10,955 bases of DNA from Gemmatimonadota bacterium. GTDB lineage: Bacteria > Gemmatimonadota > Gemmatimonadetes > Longimicrobiales > Gaopeijiaceae. The notes under the pieces are model-generated. The model made no database searches, was not told the origin of the DNA, and saw only the letters and a program-made list of their open reading frames with translations. The stretch covers positions 1 to 10,955 of the forward strand of contig JBDHHQ010000130.1 of the NCBI GenBank assembly GCA_039589315.1. Reading direction: 5' to 3'. The position numbers were made by a program, and so were the translations under genes. Shown here one piece after another: positions 7,752 to 10,955 of the stretch; position 1 is the first letter of the stretch; each line of letters starts with the position of its first letter.

Positions 7752-7930
7752 CGAAGTGGCGAGGGTCGGCGGGTCAGGGCATCCACGCGCTGCTCCAAGC
7801 GATCGGTGTCTGGACCGTTCGGGTCCTGGGATTCCCGTCCGGTTACCAGTGTCGGCTGCACGCCACCAGCTGGCAGCCGGGCGGATGGGCGCCGGACCAC
7901 GGGGCCGGGGGGACGGATCGGAGTCGAACC

Positions 7931-7960
7931 ACTATGGGCGTCAGAGCGGCGGCACGGCAA
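7931..7960 (-). promoter_or_regulatory. Candidate sigma70-type promoter for the APC permease
   Basis: TTGCCG (7960-7955), 18 nt spacer, CATAGT (7936-7931), immediately after the oxidoreductase stop codon. Confidence 0.45.
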
Positions 7961-7964
7961 CCGT

Positions 7965-9401
7965 CTAGCCCCGAGGCGCCGGGATTCCGTGACGGCGAAG
8001 CACCGACCGTGCCGCGTGATAGCCGCACATTCCGTGAACACCGCCTCCTGGCGGGGTCGAAGCGGAGCACAGGTACAGACCCCGAACGGGCGTCGCGTAG
8101 GGATCCAGACGCGGCACCGGGCGGAAGAGGAGTTGCCGAAGGTCCATCGTTCCGCCGCCCACGTCTCCGCCGACGAGGTTGGCGTTCCGAGCCTCCAGGG
8201 CCGGTGGTCCCAGGATGCTCCGAGCGAGGATCAGGTCCCGGAAGCCAGGTGCGAAACGCTCGATCTGGCTTTCGATCCGGTCGGTCACGTCACCGTCGAA
8301 GCCGAGCGGCACGTGGCAGTAACCCCACGCGGTATGCCGGCCTGCTGGAGCACGGGTCTCGTCGAACAGGCTCGGCTGCGCCAGGATCACGAAGGGGCGC
8401 TCCGCCACCGCCCCGGCCCAGGGTGCCGCCTCGGCGGTCGCCACCTCCTCGTACGACCCCCCGACGTGCACCGTGGCCGCCCGGGAGCATTCCGCCGCGG
8501 CCCAGGGGATCGGAGCGGCCAGGGCCCAATCCACCTTGAACGCGGCCGGGCCGTAGCGGTAACCCGCGAGCCGGCGACCGTAGCCGGAGGGCAACGCCTC
8601 TCCCGCGAGCTCGACGACCTGTCGGGGCGTCAGGTCGAGGACGACCGCCACGGCCGGGGGCAGTTCCGCCAGGGAAGCGACTGGGGCCTCGGTCACCACC
8701 TGGCCCCCCATCGCGCGCAGGCACGCCACGAGCGCGTCTGCGATACGCCCGGCGCCTCCCTCGGGGACGGGCCAGCCCCGCCCGTGACCGGCCATTGACA
8801 TGACGAGGCCCACCGCGCCGCTGCCCACGCGCTCGAGGGGGAGGACGGAGTGGGCGGCGCTGCCGGCGAACAGCGCGGCCGCCGGCTCGTCCTGGAACGC
8901 ACGGACGAGGTGGCGCGCAGAGCGTAGGGCACGGACGCCGAACCGGCCCAGAGGCAGCGGCCGCCGGGGAATCCGGATCAGGGGCCCCAACACGTGCCGC
9001 AGGATGGTGTCGTCCTGGCGGGCCAGCGGCCCCAGCAGGCGGCGGTACGCCGGGCCGTCTCGGCCGAGGTGCGCGGCGGTGTCGTCGACGGAGCCCTGGA
9101 GCAGGACCGCGCGGCCCCCGTCCAGGGGGTGGGCCACCGCCGCGGGTGATGTGCGCCACCGGAGGCCTTGCCCATCCAGGTTCAGCGACCTGAAGAACGG
9201 CGAGGCCACCGCCAGGGGGTGCACGGCCGAGAAGGTGTCATGAACGAATCCGGGCAGCGTCAGGGCCTCGGAACGGGCGCCCCCCCCGGGTATGGCCGCC
9301 GCCTCCCGCACAAGGACCCGCCAACCCGCCCGAGCGAGCTCGATGGCCGCTGACAGCCCGTTGGGGCCGGCACCGACCACTACGGCGTCGTACTCGGGCA
9401 C
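7965..9401 (-). CDS. NAD(P)/FAD-dependent oxidoreductase, phytoene dehydrogenase-related family, 478 aa
   Basis: Rossmann motif DAVVVGAGPNGLSAA, PGGGARSE.LTLPGFVHD..SAVHP, GWPVPEGG, and C-terminal NLVGGDVGGG and GLYLCSASTPPGGGVHGMCGY. Confidence 0.93.
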   Translation of the reverse strand: MPEYDAVVVGAGPNGLSAAIELARAGWRVLVREAAAIPGGGARSEALTLPGFVHDTFSAVHPLAVASPFFRSLNLDGQGLRWRTSPAAVAHPLDGGRAVLLQGSVDDTAAHLGRDGPAYRRLLGPLARQDDTILRHVLGPLIRIPRRPLPLGRFGVRALRSARHLVRAFQDEPAAALFAGSAAHSVLPLERVGSGAVGLVMSMAGHGRGWPVPEGGAGRIADALVACLRAMGGQVVTEAPVASLAELPPAVAVVLDLTPRQVVELAGEALPSGYGRRLAGYRYGPAAFKVDWALAAPIPWAAAECSRAATVHVGGSYEEVATAEAAPWAGAVAERPFVILAQPSLFDETRAPAGRHTAWGYCHVPLGFDGDVTDRIESQIERFAPGFRDLILARSILGPPALEARNANLVGGDVGGGTMDLRQLLFRPVPRLDPYATPVRGLYLCSASTPPGGGVHGMCGYHAARSVLRRHGIPAPRG

Positions 9402-9441
9402 CGGAAGACGGAGATGTGGAAAGGGAGGGACAGACGCCGGG

Positions 9442-10332
9442 TCATAGCTCGGAATCGTCGTCCGACGCCTTCGGCGGACGGTTCACAGCTACCCGGTCGC
9501 GTCCGCCGGTCTTGGCCTCGTACAGGGCACGATCCGCGGCCTCCATCAGGTCTTCGGGGGAAGACATGTCGGGCCTGTACTGGGCGATGCCCGCGGAAAC
9601 GGTCAGCGGGTCCGCTTCCGACGATGCCGCCGACAACCCCTCCCGAACCCGCCCCGCGAAGACCTCGGCGCCGGTATCGGGCGTCGAGGAGAGGATGGTG
9701 AGGAACTCCTCCCCCCCGTAGCGGGCGGACAGGTTCATTCGACGGGTGTTCGTCATGAGCACGGACGCGAAACCCCGCAGCACGTCGTCACCTGCGCGGT
9801 GGCCGTAGCGGTCGTTGAACGCCTTGAAGTGATCCAGGTCGAAGAGGACCACGGTCAGGGCGCGCCCGCGCTCGGCGCCGGCGAACTCCCGGGCGAGCGC
9901 CAAATCCGCATACCGGCGGTTGGGGATCCCCGTCAGCGGATCCGTGAGCGCGGCCGTCTGTGCTCGCTCCCGCTCGCGGTGGATGAGCTCGGCCAGGATC
10001 CCCAGACCGAGACCGATGCCGATGTACGCCGCGATGACGCCTACGAACAGCGCGTCGCGTTCGATGCCTCTTCCGAGAATCAGAGTGGCCACCTGGACCA
10101 GCACCAGCACCCCCATGCCGACCGCCATGGCCATCGCCACTCCCCTCCAGCCTCTGTAGTAGGCGAGGAGGAATGCAGGGATGAGGGCGCTGAGCCACAA
10201 GAGCGCTTCGTACGGTCCGAAGGGGTCGGAGAAGAAGAGGGTGACGACGGAGGGAACGAGCAGGGCGCCGAAGGCGAGCACGAGAGGGCGTATGGGGATG
10301 TCCGGCCGCTGGATCTGCCTTGTCTCCTCCAT
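9442..10332 (-). CDS. Membrane-anchored GGDEF-domain diguanylate cyclase, about 296 aa
   Basis: About four N-terminal hydrophobic segments, then ALTDPLTGIPNRR, FDLDHFKAFNDRYGHRAGD, ARYGGEEF, TVSAGIA and ADRALYEAK. Start placed at ATG 10332 because the longer track ORF (10434) overlaps the upstream gene. Confidence 0.92.
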   Translation of the reverse strand: MEETRQIQRPDIPIRPLVLAFGALLVPSVVTLFFSDPFGPYEALLWLSALIPAFLLAYYRGWRGVAMAMAVGMGVLVLVQVATLILGRGIERDALFVGVIAAYIGIGLGLGILAELIHRERERAQTAALTDPLTGIPNRRYADLALAREFAGAERGRALTVVLFDLDHFKAFNDRYGHRAGDDVLRGFASVLMTNTRRMNLSARYGGEEFLTILSSTPDTGAEVFAGRVREGLSAASSEADPLTVSAGIAQYRPDMSSPEDLMEAADRALYEAKTGGRDRVAVNRPPKASDDDSEL

Positions 10333-10338
10333 GTCGCC

Positions 10339-10367
10339 AAGGTGCGGTTCCGGGGAAGCCGCGGCAA
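10339..10367 (-). promoter_or_regulatory. Candidate promoter positioned for a leaderless diguanylate cyclase mRNA
   Basis: TTGCCG (10367-10362), 17 nt spacer, CACCTT (10344-10339), 6 nt, then ATG (10332). No SD is present. Confidence 0.45.
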
Positions 10368-10385
10368 GAGCGGGGACGGCGGAGG

Positions 10386-10826
10386 CTAGCGCTCCTCTCC
10401 GGCCCGGACGCCGTACTGGACCTCCACCTCCCACACTCCGGGCGGCAGCGCACCCTCGGCCCCACGGATGCGGTGTTCGGCCGCCACGGTACCGTGCCGC
10501 ACTCCACGCGCCGCGCTCCAGAGTGAGACGTGGCCCTGCAGGGCTACCCAGGGTCCATCACCCGCCCGCGCCTCGAGCTCGACGGAGACGGCCTGCCCGC
10601 CAGGGGGCGAGCGGAGGACCCGGAACCCGCGGACCTCGAGGACCGGCGTCACGTTCCCTGAGTGACTCAGCGCCACGGGGGATCGGCTCTCCACCCAATC
10701 CCCGGCGCCCTGGGCTACGGTGAATGCCACCGTGGCCGTCACCGGGGTCAGGGCGACCAGGGGCGGGACCGTCACGCTCACCCGGACCATCTCGGTAGCC
10801 TGACCCTGCACCGCCAGAACCCTCAT
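10386..10826 (-). CDS. Hypothetical beta-strand-rich protein, 146 aa or longer
   Basis: GC-rich third codon positions, GAGG 7 nt upstream of the ATG, and alternating beta patterns (VRVSVTVP, VSVELEA, WEVEVQYGV). The frame stays open upstream to the window end, so the true start is uncertain. Confidence 0.6.
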   Translation of the reverse strand: MRVLAVQGQATEMVRVSVTVPPLVALTPVTATVAFTVAQGAGDWVESRSPVALSHSGNVTPVLEVRGFRVLRSPPGGQAVSVELEARAGDGPWVALQGHVSLWSAARGVRHGTVAAEHRIRGAEGALPPGVWEVEVQYGVRAGEER

Positions 10827-10837
10827 GGCGTCGCCTC

Positions 10838-10865
10838 GCTTCCTTGCGTCGTTCGGCTTCCTTGC
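10838..10865 (-). repeat. Direct repeat GCAAGGAAGC x2 (18-nt period) upstream of the hypothetical gene
   Basis: Plus strand gcttccttgc occurs at 10838-10847 and 10856-10865. Confidence 0.6.
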
Positions 10866-10955
10866 CCTGGCTTCGGCCGGGCGGGCGCCCGGGTTCCGTC
10901 TCGGACCCTGCTTCGAATCCGAGGGTCGGTCGATTCCGAAACGACTGGAGTCATC

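Noticed and set aside
7805..7830. CAGGACCCGAACGGTCCAG resemblance to the SRP RNA domain IV
   Set aside because: It lacks the GNRA tetraloop and the AGCAG internal-loop motif, and no long enclosing helix is present.
7905..7940. tRNA-like T-loop GGTTCGACTCC on the minus strand
   Set aside because: The flanking T-stem is imperfect, and no acceptor stem, D arm, anticodon arm or CCA can be built.
7965..9401. Calling the oxidoreductase crtI or a carotenoid gene
   Set aside because: The motifs fit the broader phytoene-dehydrogenase-related family, and no crtB, crtE or crtY is in the window.
266..10723. Many long alternative-frame and antisense ORFs (for example 266..1279, 2879..3856, 4297..5568, 6199..7083, 7806..8798, 9788..10507)
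   Set aside because: They are shadow ORFs expected in high-GC DNA, overlap well-supported genes and contain no recognisable motifs.
10838..10872. CAGGGCAA...GACGCAA resemblance to a c-di-GMP-I riboswitch near a diguanylate cyclase
   Set aside because: The intervening GGAAGCCGAAC cannot form the P2 stem with a GNRA loop, and there is no room for P3 before the ATG. A cmscan against RF01051 would settle it.
10817..10955. Plus-strand signal-peptide-like frame MASPRFLASFGFLALASAG from 10825, flanked by a 6-bp inverted repeat (GAACCC 10817-10822, GGGTTC 10891-10896), suggesting an invertible signal peptide
   Set aside because: Inverting between the repeats gives a fusion out of frame by one base, the repeat is very short and no recombinase is nearby. 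A separate gene sharing the CATG head to head is also unlikely.

Overview
GC-rich bacterial DNA (roughly 70% GC by eye). The gene repertoire and protein style suggest Gemmatimonadota or a similar diderm lineage, which is an inference. Most genes lie on the minus strand. In order: a translationally coupled pair of exported amidohydrolases (the second cut by the window edge); an internally deleted, doubly frameshifted cysteine-desulfurase-like gene; a 74-aa lipoprotein; a cobalamin-riboswitch-controlled operon of a BtuB-like TonB-dependent receptor plus a beta-propeller lipoprotein; an APC amino acid permease with a long leader; a phytoene-dehydrogenase-like FAD oxidoreductase; a membrane GGDEF diguanylate cyclase; and a beta-rich hypothetical protein. 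The strongest lead is the riboswitch-btuB-propeller unit, which resembles the Bacteroidota BtuB/BtuG B12-capture system in an apparently non-Bacteroidota genome. Its riboswitch kissing loop and a candidate translational switch can be read from the sequence. A recurring TTGCNN-N17/18-YANNNT promoter-like motif precedes several units. No mobile elements, CRISPR arrays, rRNA or tRNA were found.
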